Shown: one piece after another, positions 1-9,563 of the stretch
Numbering within the stretch: the first letter of the stretch is position 1
How the letters are laid out: the number at the start of each line of letters is the position of its first letter
DNA from: Candidatus Bathyarchaeota archaeon
GTDB lineage: Archaea; Thermoproteota; Bathyarchaeia; Bathyarchaeales; Bathycorpusculaceae
NCBI GenBank assembly: GCA_963715865.1
Contig: OY970280.1
Location: forward strand, 1,280,001 to 1,344,000
DNA length: 64,000 nt
Reading direction: 5' to 3'
Position numbers and translations under genes: made by a program
Notes under the pieces: model-generated
What the model was told of the DNA's origin: nothing
Seen by the model: the letters and a program-made list of their open reading frames with translations, nothing else
Databases searched by the model: none

Positions 1-720
1 TTTAGCCACAGGCGCTTCGATGTTGTATTTTTGGAGTTTTGTGGTGTGCCATTTGCCTGTGATTATGAGTTCTGGTGTAAGTTGGGTTACTTCTTGCATT
101 GATGTTTTGGTTTCAGCCGCTGCTTTTTTGCCTTGTGGGGTGATTTGGAGTGTGCGTGTGGTTTTGGGTTCGATTGTTAGGAGTGTGCGTTTTTTTAGTT
201 GTTCGGCTGCTTCTTTTAATTCTGTGCTTAGGTCTTCTTGTGCTGCTTGGTTTTTGTCGTTTAGGTATTTGAGGAGGGTTTCGTCGCAGCCTTCAGGAAT
301 AAACGCTTGATGCAAAAGCGGTTCTGCGATGCGTATGGTGTTGTTTTCTGAGGTGTAGACTGCCCATTTTTTTCTTATTGCCCAACCAAGCGCGATTTGG
401 ATGAATTGCGGCTCGATTCCTGCTTGCTTTGCCGCTTTTTGTAAATCTGTGCTTCCGCTAAGTTGGGCGACGGTTCTGATTAAGTTGCGTTCTGGTAAGC
501 CGTTTTTGGCGTATTGTTTTCCTTCAGCGGTTAGTTTGATGACGTTTTGGTGTTCTGCGTGTATGGTGACATAGTTTTTTTCTTGAAGAGTTAGCGCAGT
601 GCGCATGACTGCTGTATCTGGGAAACCGCAAGCATCAATTAACTGTTCTACTGAAGCTTTTCCGCCTAAGGATTCTAAAGCGGAGAGTAATTGTTGTTCT
701 TGCGTTCTAAGCTCAACCAT
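1..720 (-). CDS. pheS: Phenylalanyl-tRNA synthetase alpha subunit, N-terminal part (runs off window start)
   Basis: Hand translation from ATG at 720: MVELRTQEQQLLSALESLGGKASVEQL...LTAEGKQYAKNGLPERNLI...EVTQLTPELIITGKW...YNIEAPVAK; GLPE and LTPEL..TGKW motifs of archaeal PheS; not in ORF track because truncated. Confidence 0.9.
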   Translation of the reverse strand, partial: MVELRTQEQQLLSALESLGGKASVEQLIDACGFPDTAVMRTALTLQEKNYVTIHAEHQNVIKLTAEGKQYAKNGLPERNLIRTVAQLSGSTDLQKAAKQAGIEPQFIQIALGWAIRKKWAVYTSENNTIRIAEPLLHQAFIPEGCDETLLKYLNDKNQAAQEDLSTELKEAAEQLKKRTLLTIEPKTTRTLQITPQGKKAAAETKTSMQEVTQLTPELIITGKWHTTKLQKYNIEAPVAK

Positions 721-877
721 GTTGCTTGCCTTCGTTAATGTGAGTTCGATTTTTGTTAAGGGATAGTTCTTGTGTCACAAATAAAAGCATGCTGATGACT
801 TTGGCGAGATAATGGTCAGGGCATAGGGCGTAAGCTGCATTGTAAACTCGCTATCTCAATTTTAGGGATTAGTTCGG

Positions 878-1048
878 TTATGTTGCTGCTATTTTGCGAA
901 GTGCGATTTTTTCTATGTCTGTGCACTCGTCGCAGAGGTCAGAACTCGGTCTCGTAGAGCGTCTTTGAATGACGACGCGGGGATACTGCTTGCAGTTTTT
1001 GCACCAATGCCATCTGTCAGGTTCGGCTCCCTTAACATATTCCTCCAT
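878..1048 (-). CDS. 56-aa Cys-rich micro-protein (WHWCxxC...CxxC), unknown function
   Basis: MEEYVKGAEPDRWHWCKNCKQYPRVVIQRRSTRPSSDLCDECTDIEKIALRKIAAT; GGGAGG SD upstream of ATG; two CxxC pairs. Confidence 0.7.
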   Translation of the reverse strand: MEEYVKGAEPDRWHWCKNCKQYPRVVIQRRSTRPSSDLCDECTDIEKIALRKIAAT

Positions 1049-1188
1049 TCTTAGCCTCCCAACATGATAGTTAGGTTGCTACTGTTATTTTTAATTTGCG
1101 TGTTCGAGTGTTCTAGCAACCTTGCCTATGATAAATTAATGTGCGGAGGCGGCCATATTATGGCTTGGCTACTTTCAGCTAGGCGCTT

Positions 1189-1293
1189 CTATTTTGCCTT
1201 ATTAGCCTTCTTAGCGCAAGCATCACTGCAAAACTTCTTCTTACTATCAAACGTCGTAAAAACCTGCTTACAAACAGGACACTTCTTCTCCAT
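1189..1293 (-). CDS. 34-aa zinc-finger-like micro-protein (CxxC...FCSxxC, treble-clef/TRASH-like)
   Basis: MEKKCPVCKQVFTTFDSKKKFCSDACAKKANKAK; GAGGGG SD upstream. Confidence 0.65.
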   Translation of the reverse strand: MEKKCPVCKQVFTTFDSKKKFCSDACAKKANKAK

Positions 1294-1482
1294 TCAATCC
1301 CCTCTAATTTATTTAATACCTGCTTTCATGGGCTAAAAGCTTTCTCTCTAGAAAGTGATTTTTGATGATCTAATACAGAAAGTAGGTTCGGTTGGTTGGG
1401 TTAAATTTGGAAAGTCTAAATACCAAAGTCGATAATAGCAGTTAACATGGGCAACTGGAAGCTAAGTGTCAGGAGATAATTT

Positions 1483-1785
1483 ATGGCAAAGGACAAAGGA
1501 AAGAAAATTGGCGAAATTAAGGTAAGAAAGTATCTTGTAAAGAACGATAACAGCTTGTTGAGATTGAATGAGGCAAAGGTCAGAACGTGCACGGTGTCTG
1601 ATGATGAGGCTAAGAATAGAGGGTGCACAGAATTGGGTGAATGCGAGGAATTGGTATTGGTTTACAGGCCTTTTGGCTGCATTAAGGAAAAGGATGAAGT
1701 TGACCTGAACGAAATGACAACAGTCAGTTCAAAAGCGAGCTCTTCTTCATCAAAAACCGTGGACATGCTTTCTGCGAAAACCTGA
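1483..1785 (+). CDS. Hypothetical protein with 4 Cys
   Basis: 100-aa ORF, AGGAG SD upstream; no family recognised. Confidence 0.5.
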   Translation: MAKDKGKKIGEIKVRKYLVKNDNSLLRLNEAKVRTCTVSDDEAKNRGCTELGECEELVLVYRPFGCIKEKDEVDLNEMTTVSSKASSSSSKTVDMLSAKT

Positions 1786-1882
1786 AAGCAATCCGTTGAG
1801 GCTAAAGCTAGCCAAAATATTTGATTAAAAAGGTACTATTTTTCAACTTACCATAAAAGAAGGCTTTCCATGGTTCGTTTTG

Positions 1883-1890
1883 TTTATATA
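1883..1890 (+). promoter_or_regulatory. Probable TATA box for rps12-rps7
   Basis: TTTATATA about 45 nt upstream of the rps12 ATG. Confidence 0.4.
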
Positions 1891-1936
1891 TTGGTGTTAT
1901 GACTATGCATGTGCAAAAAGAAGGAATATCTAAAGA

Positions 1937-2377
1937 ATGGGTTCCAAGTCACCAAGAGGCGAATTCGCCGCTAGGCAATTAAAAAGGAAACGGAAGAATT
2001 TCCGTTGGTCTGACCGTTACTTTAACAGGCGCATGCTTAGGCTAGACGAAAAAGTAGACCCCCTGCAGGGCGCACCACAAGCTAGGGGTATCGTTCTAGA
2101 GAAAGTAGGCGTTGAATCAAAACAGCCAAACAGCGCCATCCGCAAATGCGTCCGCACACAACTCATCAAAAACGGCAGAGTCATCACCGCATTTTTACCC
2201 GGAGACGGCGCACTCAACGTTGTAGATGAACACGACGAAGTCGTCGTTGAAGGCATCGGCGGCACAAGAGGCGGCGCAATGGGAGACATCCCCGGCGTAC
2301 GCTGGAAAGTAGTCATGATAAACGGCGTATCACTAAACGAACTCGTCTACGGACGAAAACAAAAACCAGCAAGGTAA
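1937..2377 (+). CDS. rps12: 30S ribosomal protein S12 (uS12)
   Basis: [12 protein letters not shown] and [10 protein letters not shown] motifs, archaeal N-terminal extension. Confidence 0.98.
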   Translation: MGSKSPRGEFAARQLKRKRKNFRWSDRYFNRRMLRLDEKVDPLQGAPQARGIVLEKVGVESKQPNSAIRKCVRTQLIKNGRVITAFLPGDGALNVVDEHDEVVVEGIGGTRGGAMGDIPGVRWKVVMINGVSLNELVYGRKQKPAR

Positions 2378-2383
2378 ACCGCC

Positions 2384-2971
2384 ATGGCACAAACAATCGC
2401 TCAACCACAAGAAATCAAACTCTTCCAAAAATGGACATTCAAAGACATTACAGTCAAAGACATCGGCTTACAACGCTATCTCAACTTAACCCCAATGGTC
2501 GCTCCGCATAGTATGGGACGTCACGAACACCAACGCTTCCGCAAAGCCAAAGTCAACATAGTAGAACGCTTAATCAACAGCCTAATGCGCTCAGGCAAAA
2601 ACAGCGGCAAAAAAGCCAAAGCAACCAACATCGTCAAAGAAACATTCGAAATAATCAACTTACGCACAGGCAAAAACCCCATAGAAATCCTCGTCAAAGC
2701 AGTAGAAAACGCCTCTCCATGCGAAGACACCACACGCGTCAGCTACGGAGGAGTCGTCTACCACCTATCCGTCGACGTAGCACCACAACGCAGAATCGAC
2801 CTCGCCATACGCCACATAAGTGAAGGAGCAAGAGCCGCAAGCATAAACAACCCGCGCAGCATCCAAGAAACTCTCGCAGACGAACTGGTTCTCGCAGCCA
2901 ACAAAGACATCAAAAGCGCAGGCGTAGCAAAACGCAACGAAATCGAACGCGTCGCACAATCAAGCAGATAA
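2384..2971 (+). CDS. rps7: 30S ribosomal protein S7 (uS7)
   Basis: IVERLINSLM, AVENASPCEDTTRVSYGG, VDVAPQRRIDLA, ERVAQSSR; follows rps12. Confidence 0.98.
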   Translation: MAQTIAQPQEIKLFQKWTFKDITVKDIGLQRYLNLTPMVAPHSMGRHEHQRFRKAKVNIVERLINSLMRSGKNSGKKAKATNIVKETFEIINLRTGKNPIEILVKAVENASPCEDTTRVSYGGVVYHLSVDVAPQRRIDLAIRHISEGARAASINNPRSIQETLADELVLAANKDIKSAGVAKRNEIERVAQSSR

Positions 2972-3291
2972 AACAAACAATGTTCCTTAATTTTCTGGAA
3001 TAATTAAATTTTATTCACCCGTCAAGCCGAAAAGCTTGAACCGCTTGAATGCAAAAACTGCAAAATGCAAGAATATGCAATACGCGTATCCGCGCCAACC
3101 GTCCAACAAGAAAGCTTGCAAACGCCTTTGAGGCATAGACTAACATAGGCAGAAATAGACTTAAAAATTTTTAGCCGATTCAGAACAAAGCATCCCGCGC
3201 CATTTGGGAGTAATTTTGAAAAAGCTTTAATAACTCTTGTAATAACGAAACACCTCTTCATAAGGAATCCAATGTTTGAAGTGAGGATAAT

Positions 3292-4248
3292 TTGAAAAAG
3301 ATAATAACTGCTTTAATTCTTGTAGCTTTAATCTTAGCTACGTTTAGTCTGTTGCCGGCACCCAGTGTGAGAGCGGACGCTTCGGAAGTTCAGGTTCTCA
3401 GTTACAGTTGGTACGTTGCTCCTGTGAACACTGTTCAAGCATTGTACATTGGTGATTTGGTTGCGGTCGGTGAGGTACAGAATGTGGGTTCAAACGTCAT
3501 AGGTTACTTGTATGTTGAAGGCACTGCTTCCAATTCTACCGGAATTGTAGCTTCAGCTGAGGCTCGAGCATTTGGAATCAATCTGGCTCCTGGGCAGAAG
3601 GCTCCTTTCTACTTGGATTTTGCTCCTGAGCATAGCGTGACCCAAGACCAAAGCTGGGTTAATGATACTACCAATGTTACCGTTTTAGTGGGTTACATTA
3701 ATGATACTAATGAAACTTCGTATTCAGGTCTTTCGATTGTCGGATCTACTGCCATTGACAGCAGTGGCACGTACACTGTTACAGGAACCGTTCAGAACAC
3801 TGGCGACGAGACAACCGGGAATGTCTGGGTTGTTACAACATTTTATAATGCTTCCGGAACGGTTCTAGGTTTGAATTACACAAATTTCTTATCTAACTCG
3901 CTTGCGCCTGGTAATTCTGTGCGGTTTACGGCAACGCCCACGGATAATACAGCTCAGTTATCCAGTGAAATAGCAAATTATTCTGTACTGGTTCAGTCCT
4001 CGCCGCTAACGGTAATTGCGACACCCACACCTTCACCGTCACCTTCACCTTCACCAACACCTACCGCTACTTCCTCGACGCAGCCTACACAATCTCCAGC
4101 TCCGGTATCTTCAGGGTTGATATATGCTGTAGTAGGCGCGATAGTGGTAGTTGTAGTTGTCCTTGCCGCTTTGTTGTTACTTAGGAAGCGCCACAAGAAT
4201 GCTCAGTTTGAGCCGCCGCCTCCGCCGCCGCCACCACCTCCGCCATAA
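3292..4248 (+). CDS. Secreted, C-terminally anchored surface protein with two Ig-like (FxLYD-like) domains, Pro/Thr/Ser linker and poly-Pro tail
   Basis: Signal peptide, repeated GEVQNVG/GTVQNTG, FYNASGTVLG, PTPSPSP linker, TM helix then RKRHK and 11 terminal Pro; many NxS/T sequons. Confidence 0.75.
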   Translation: MKKIITALILVALILATFSLLPAPSVRADASEVQVLSYSWYVAPVNTVQALYIGDLVAVGEVQNVGSNVIGYLYVEGTASNSTGIVASAEARAFGINLAPGQKAPFYLDFAPEHSVTQDQSWVNDTTNVTVLVGYINDTNETSYSGLSIVGSTAIDSSGTYTVTGTVQNTGDETTGNVWVVTTFYNASGTVLGLNYTNFLSNSLAPGNSVRFTATPTDNTAQLSSEIANYSVLVQSSPLTVIATPTPSPSPSPSPTPTATSSTQPTQSPAPVSSGLIYAVVGAIVVVVVVLAALLLLRKRHKNAQFEPPPPPPPPPPP

Positions 4249-4492
4249 CTTTTTTCTTTCCATGTTAAGCTCTATTGCGGTATTGTTCCTTTCTATTTGA
4301 ATTTCTGTATTGACGAACTATTTTGAATAAGCCCAGCATAATAGGTTCTATTTAGAAGCTTCCCCCTTCCATAAACTATCTAGTGCACTTAATTCCAACT
4401 CGAAAACCCCCAAACATGCTCAGGATCGACAGAATTACGCGTAGACATATGCCCACTATCTAAATTGAACCCAAAATTTTTTTGACCTAATG

Positions 4493-5677
4493 CTATATTT
4501 TCGTGTGAATCTCCACTACATCTTCATCCTCCAAAACAAAACCCAAACCAACCTTCTTAGGACTAAACGGCAAACGCTTAGCCCACACCATCGCAAACAA
4601 GAAATTCAACACAAACTCCTTATGAATATTCTTCGCCAAATCATTAACCGTAGCACCATGCCTAAGCACAAAAGGACGACCAGTCGGCTCCCGCGACCCA
4701 GGCATCTTAGTATAAACCCGAATAACCCCTAAACCTTCAAAAAGCGCCTTCCCCAACTCATCCAAACCAACCTTACGCTCACACGACACCGCAATAACAG
4801 GCCACTTCCCATTCACATACCGCCTCAAAACACGCAAATTCACCTCAGCACCCTTAACATCCAACTTATTCGCAACAATCAACGCCGGCTTATACGTCGT
4901 AGTCTCAAAAATCGCATCCTCCACATCATCCAACCGAACGTCACCGCTAATCTTCACAATAGCATCAGTTATCTTGTAACTGCGCAGCAAATCCTCAACA
5001 TCCTGCATCGAACAGTCCACAAGCCTACCCACAAGAATAATCCGCAACGCAGCACCAGCATGCCGCCGATCAATATCCACACGCCCACTAGGCTTACTCA
5101 CCAGCACCCGACTCTTCTCCAACTCGCCAAGAACTAGCTCCAACTGTCCCACAGGATCACGAGACAAATCAACCATCAAAACCACGCCATCAGCATTCCG
5201 CGCCAACCCAAGCGTCAACGGACCCCACGCACGCCCATCCGCACTGCCCTCCATCACAGCAGGTGCCTCAACAATCTGAAACTGCACATCCAAATAATTC
5301 ATAATACCAGGCACAGGCTCACGCGTCGTGTAAGGCGCCGCCGAAACAACCACATTCGCGTTCGTCACCGCACTCATCAAACAGCTCTTGCCTACGCTAG
5401 TCATGCCAAGCAACGCCACCTGCGCAGCACCTTCCTTCTCAACAAAAAGCTTCGGACCACCACCGCCCTTGCCCGTGCCCTTACGCTTCTTATCGTCCAA
5501 ATCGGCGCGGATAATAGACATTTTCTTCTTAATCGTGCCCCGAAGCTTCATCGTACCTTTATGCTGAGGGACACAACTAAGGAACTCCTGCATCTTCTGC
5601 AGCTTCTCTCTGGGAGTATGGGCAGCTTCAACCTCCTCCCACTTATCCATCGCTTCAGGCGGCAAATTAGTCGGCAT
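4493..5677 (-). CDS. drg: DRG/OBG-family GTP-binding protein with TGS domain
   Basis: CVPQHKGT, G1 GMTSVGKS, PYTTREPVPG, G4 NKLD, C-terminal LEDEDVVEIH. Confidence 0.92.
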   Translation of the reverse strand: MPTNLPPEAMDKWEEVEAAHTPREKLQKMQEFLSCVPQHKGTMKLRGTIKKKMSIIRADLDDKKRKGTGKGGGGPKLFVEKEGAAQVALLGMTSVGKSCLMSAVTNANVVVSAAPYTTREPVPGIMNYLDVQFQIVEAPAVMEGSADGRAWGPLTLGLARNADGVVLMVDLSRDPVGQLELVLGELEKSRVLVSKPSGRVDIDRRHAGAALRIILVGRLVDCSMQDVEDLLRSYKITDAIVKISGDVRLDDVEDAIFETTTYKPALIVANKLDVKGAEVNLRVLRRYVNGKWPVIAVSCERKVGLDELGKALFEGLGVIRVYTKMPGSREPTGRPFVLRHGATVNDLAKNIHKEFVLNFLFAMVWAKRLPFSPKKVGLGFVLEDEDVVEIHTKI

Positions 5678-5882
5678 ACAAACTTCGCAAATACTATTTC
5701 CAAACCAACTTAAAGACTATTTCTAAATTAAAAACATAAAATTATCCTGAAAGTTTTAAAGGCAAAAGTGAAAATCACGCAACTTAACAAAATTAGACTT
5801 TCACAGTTTCCGATGCATTTTTCAATAACGCTTATTTGCATGATGGCTTAACTACTTTGAGCGCCAAGGGGAAAGCAAATCA

Positions 5883-6245
5883 TTGAACACTGAGCATCCA
5901 AGAATAAAAAGGGAAAAAAAGACCATCGAAGCCATGATCCGCATCTACTGCAAGGGTCATCATGAAAAAGAAGGCAAAGAGCTGTGCCAAGAATGCAGCC
6001 AACTCTTAGAGTACGCAAAAACGCGATTGGATAAGTGCCCTTTTCAAGAGAAAAAAACCACTTGTGGAAAATGCCCAATACGCTGCTACCAGCCTCAAAT
6101 GCGAGAACAAGTAAAAAAAGTGATGCGGTACTCAGGGCCACGCATGATTCTGCACCATCCAGCCTTAGCAATGCATCATGCTATTGATGGGTTTAAGAAA
6201 CCAAAGAAAAAAGCCGTAAAAACCAGTAAAGCTGCAAGTGGTTAG
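5883..6245 (+). CDS. YgbA-like (nitrous oxide-stimulated promoter family) Cys-rich protein
   Basis: REKKTIEAMIRIYC, RLDKCPF, CGKCPIRCY, VMRYSGPRM..HP; TTG start. Confidence 0.85.
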   Translation: MNTEHPRIKREKKTIEAMIRIYCKGHHEKEGKELCQECSQLLEYAKTRLDKCPFQEKKTTCGKCPIRCYQPQMREQVKKVMRYSGPRMILHHPALAMHHAIDGFKKPKKKAVKTSKAASG

Positions 6246-6356
6246 TTTGCGTTGCTTTAACCGTTAAACTGCAGCTAACTAAGAGCACTTAGCCTGTTAT
6301 TTATTAAATATGCGATATTGGAAAGGTTTTTTATGCTCTCTCCACTCTCTAAATAA

Positions 6357-8015
6357 TTGCTTATGAGTTTGTGGATTAATATGATAGTAAATTCTATCGA
6401 TTTTGCTCAATCAAAGGCAAATAAGCAGATGCCCCCATTGAAGCATTCTTCAAAAACCCCTTCCCAAGGCAAAGATTACAGCGATGATAACCGCAGGGAT
6501 TTACCTGAAGAGTTTGGAATAAGCAGTCAACAATTCCAAACTATTTTCTCTAACCTAACTCGAGGCGGCATCGCTTTGTGCAAAATAGTTTATGACGAAA
6601 AAGGGGTTCCAGTTGATTTCATCCTGCTAGAGGCAAACCCGTCATTCGAGGCGATATTTGGGGTTAAAAGAGAGCAGATAATCCTCAAGAAAGCGACCCA
6701 GTTTGACCCTGAAATAAAAGAATCCTTTGCAGATTATATTGGCATGTATGGCAGAGTAGCCACGACTGGTATGCCAGAGGTATGTGAGGTTTACTTTCAG
6801 CCCCAAGATAAGTGTTATCAAGTTTACGCTTACAGTCCAAAAAAGGATTATGTTATTGCTGTATTTATTGATGTAACCGCGCGCAAAAACGTCGAACAGC
6901 AATCTATCATGTCCGAAAAACGGTTCCGAAGGCTTTACGAGACGACCCAAGACGGAATTATGGCGCGGGACCTACAGGGGAATATGATTGATTGCAACAA
7001 TGCCTACGCGAAAATGCTTGGGTACTCAAAAAAAGAACTAAGACGCCTCACTGTCCAGCAGTTATTGCCAGAAAAGTGGCATGAACAGAGAGAAAAAATC
7101 GTTAACAATGTGCTGCAAACTGGGCGCTCCATAGTTTTTGAAAGAGAATATAAGCGGAAAGATGGCTTAATTTTTCCAGCATCTGTTAGAACTTGGCGAC
7201 TGACTGATGGAAAAGGAAAAGTAGTAGGAACATGGTCCATCGTTCGAGATATCAGCGAGCAAAAGGAGCTTCAAAAAAATCTTGAAAAACACGCTGGAAC
7301 TTTAAAAAAAATAGTTGAGGAACGAACAAAGCAACTTAAAGCCTCTGAGCGCTTAGCAGCTATTGGTCAAACCGCAGGTATGGTTGGGCATGACCTTCGC
7401 AATCCGCTGCAAACGGTAATCGGCGAATTATATCTGGCAAAATGCGAAGTTGAATCGCTTCCTGAAAGCGAACTTAAGAGCAATTTACAGGAGAGCATAC
7501 AGGTAATAGAAGAGCAAGCAGTCTACATGGACAAGATTGTTTCTGACTTGCAAGCGTTCGTACGACCCGTCAAGATAGATAAAAAACCAATCAACCTAAA
7601 GGAACTTGTTACCGTCGTCTTTGCCTCTGTTGCCATTTCATTAAACATTGATGCGCAAGCGCATATAAAAGAAGATTTTCCGCAAGTGAAAGCTGACCCA
7701 CAGCTTCTAAAGAGGGTTCTAATCAACTTAGTAACTAACGCAGTGCAAGCCATGCCTGACGGCGGAAAACTAACATTAAGTGCACGAATCAACAGTCAAA
7801 ACCAAGTAGTTCTAACAGTAGAAGACACTGGTGTTGGCATACCTGAAAAAATTAAACCCCAAATCTTCACGCCACTATTCACCACTAAACCAAGAGGGCA
7901 AGGCTTCGGCTTAGCCGTCTGCAAACGAGTAATAGAAGCGCACGGCGGCACAATCAGTTTCGAAAGCCAAAGGGGCAAGGGAGCAAAATTCACAATTCAG
8001 TTTCCAGCCAGTTAA
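6357..8015 (+). CDS. PAS-PAS sensor histidine kinase (orphan in window); true start probably downstream
   Basis: Two PAS domains, H-box GHDLRNPL, N-box NLVTNAVQA, G1 DTGVGI, F-box FTPLFTTK, G2 GFGL. Confidence 0.93.
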   Translation: MLMSLWINMIVNSIDFAQSKANKQMPPLKHSSKTPSQGKDYSDDNRRDLPEEFGISSQQFQTIFSNLTRGGIALCKIVYDEKGVPVDFILLEANPSFEAIFGVKREQIILKKATQFDPEIKESFADYIGMYGRVATTGMPEVCEVYFQPQDKCYQVYAYSPKKDYVIAVFIDVTARKNVEQQSIMSEKRFRRLYETTQDGIMARDLQGNMIDCNNAYAKMLGYSKKELRRLTVQQLLPEKWHEQREKIVNNVLQTGRSIVFEREYKRKDGLIFPASVRTWRLTDGKGKVVGTWSIVRDISEQKELQKNLEKHAGTLKKIVEERTKQLKASERLAAIGQTAGMVGHDLRNPLQTVIGELYLAKCEVESLPESELKSNLQESIQVIEEQAVYMDKIVSDLQAFVRPVKIDKKPINLKELVTVVFASVAISLNIDAQAHIKEDFPQVKADPQLLKRVLINLVTNAVQAMPDGGKLTLSARINSQNQVVLTVEDTGVGIPEKIKPQIFTPLFTTKPRGQGFGLAVCKRVIEAHGGTISFESQRGKGAKFTIQFPAS

Positions 8016-8308
8016 GGCTCAACCATTTCCTTCTCTTTATCTGAGCCCTTCAATTTCTGCCTAAAAGTGTAAATGAAAGCTACGAACCAGAACACCACGG
8101 TTGCCCACCCCAATGCAAAACCGATTACGTTTCCCAGCAGGTAGTAGGCTACTTCAAAGCCAACGATTGATACAAACGTTAAGAAAGCGCCGACAATGCT
8201 ATACCCACGCAGCACTTTTCTGTTTTTAATAACCGCTCTCAGCATCAAGATTAAGGCGATAAAATTTATTATGCTAGCGAAACTTAAAGCTAAATTAGCC
8301 GCGTCCAT
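8012..8308 (-). CDS. Small 3-TM membrane protein (SemiSWEET/PQ-loop-like size, no PQ motif)
   Basis: Three hydrophobic segments, KNRKVLRGYS loop, SD AAGGG upstream. Confidence 0.6.
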   Translation of the reverse strand: MDAANLALSFASIINFIALILMLRAVIKNRKVLRGYSIVGAFLTFVSIVGFEVAYYLLGNVIGFALGWATVVFWFVAFIYTFRQKLKGSDKEKEMVEP

Positions 8309-8450
8309 ACTGCCCTTTTTCCCTTAAGTTTCAACTGTTTTGCACAACTTAAGACTTACGCAGATACCAAGCTCTAAGATGTAAAATAACTTAAATGTAA
8401 TCACCGCCATGCATATGGAGACCGCGAATAAGAGGGGTGAATTTTTAAGA

Positions 8451-8585
8451 ATGATTTCTCGAGATTGCGACGGATGCGGACTGCAGAAACCATGCATTAA
8501 ACGCTACCGCAAAGTATCTGAAGGCGAAAAGGTTTACTGTCCAGACGGAACAGCACACCTAGTAGACAACGCAAGCAGCGCATAA
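8451..8585 (+). CDS. 44-aa Cys/His micro-protein, paralogue of 22091..22216
   Basis: MISRDCDGCGLQKPCIKRYRKVSEGEKVYCPDGTAHLVDNASSA; SD GAGGGGTGA; 27 identical residues with the second copy, many at synonymous-changed codons. Confidence 0.85.
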   Translation: MISRDCDGCGLQKPCIKRYRKVSEGEKVYCPDGTAHLVDNASSA

Positions 8586-8706
8586 CTGTGCAGAAAGAAA
8601 AGAATAGCCTCAGTATTCTTCACCACTAATTTTTCCGTATTACTTTTATTTTGTACATAGAGCTTTTTAGGCTAAACCCTTTGCAATCCTTTATGAGACC
8701 AGCCTA

Positions 8707-8934
8707 ATGGAAAATATCGTTAAAGTAACAAGAAATGGGCAAGTCACTATTCCCAAAAAGCTAAGAATAAAATTTGGCATTAAAGAAGGAGACAAACTAG
8801 CCGTAGAATTAACAGAAAAAGGCATACTCTTTCGAAAGATTCCACGCCTTGAAGAAATGGCAGGCGTAGACGCGAAATACGGCAATGTCGATGAAATAAA
8901 GAAAGAGATTGATAAACTCAGAGAAGCGTACTAA
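8707..8934 (+). CDS. AbrB/MazE/SpoVT-family DNA-binding protein
   Basis: VKVTRNGQVTIPKKLRIKFGIKEGD swapped-hairpin signature. Confidence 0.92.
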   Translation: MENIVKVTRNGQVTIPKKLRIKFGIKEGDKLAVELTEKGILFRKIPRLEEMAGVDAKYGNVDEIKKEIDKLREAY

Positions 8935-8962
8935 CTTGAAAAAGCTCCTGCATGATCGCCAG

Positions 8963-9448
8963 CTAAATATAATAGAATAGTCGGTCGAGTATTTTCAGAG
9001 AGTGCCCAAAAGCCAAGTCACAAAGTTCCTCATCGTTTTCAAATATTTCGTAGCTTATTCTTGCTATCTTCACCGAGCCTATAACTTGGCTACTTATATC
9101 CATGCCTTTCTCAAAGAATACAACAGCATGTTTCCCTTTATCAGGTAAATTAACACATGTAAAGGTTAGTTCAGTATTTACGCCGAGGTTGTCGGCATCT
9201 TTGAAGAAGACGAACATTGGAACATGCGCCCATGTGTTTATGTAGAGACGACTTTTCTTTGTAAAATGCTCGTCCATATCCTCGCTAAATTTTTTTCGAT
9301 CAGGAAAGTTTTTGACTAGCTTAGTCATTTCAAATTTTCTTGCTATTAAGCAGTCTTGGAGGGATTCTAATCTTTTTAGGTGAGACTTTGGTCTGTACGG
9401 ACCTAGTATTAGAATGTGCAGCCTTCGTTTGTGCTGGTTAAGATCCAT
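8963..9448 (-). CDS. Hypothetical protein, possible nucleoside-deoxyribosyltransferase/TIR-like Rossmannoid fold
   Basis: ILILGPY first strand, AHVPMFVF strand, GVNTEL helix with Glu; resemblance only. Confidence 0.5.
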   Translation of the reverse strand: MDLNQHKRRLHILILGPYRPKSHLKRLESLQDCLIARKFEMTKLVKNFPDRKKFSEDMDEHFTKKSRLYINTWAHVPMFVFFKDADNLGVNTELTFTCVNLPDKGKHAVVFFEKGMDISSQVIGSVKIARISYEIFENDEELCDLAFGHSLKILDRLFYYI

Positions 9449-9563
9449 AGTAAGCCAACTGGCTCCGAGATTGTCTTTAGCTGAGGATTATTCCTAAATT
9501 CTTAAATAATAGTACGTTAATTTCATTAATACAGGTATAAATTAACTTATACCTGAAAAGGCG

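Noticed and set aside
3022-3261. 79-aa minus ORF and a CKNC-containing plus frame after rps7
   Set aside because: No SD or recognisable motif; the plus frame lacks a start codon
8950-8961. 12-bp match (GCATGATCGCCA) to tRNA-Ala as an att site
   Set aside because: Inverted relative to the tRNA, from the D/anticodon region, and short enough to be chance
8707-8962. VapBC/MazEF toxin-antitoxin operon
   Set aside because: No co-oriented PIN or MazF ORF after AbrB; stop codons within a few codons
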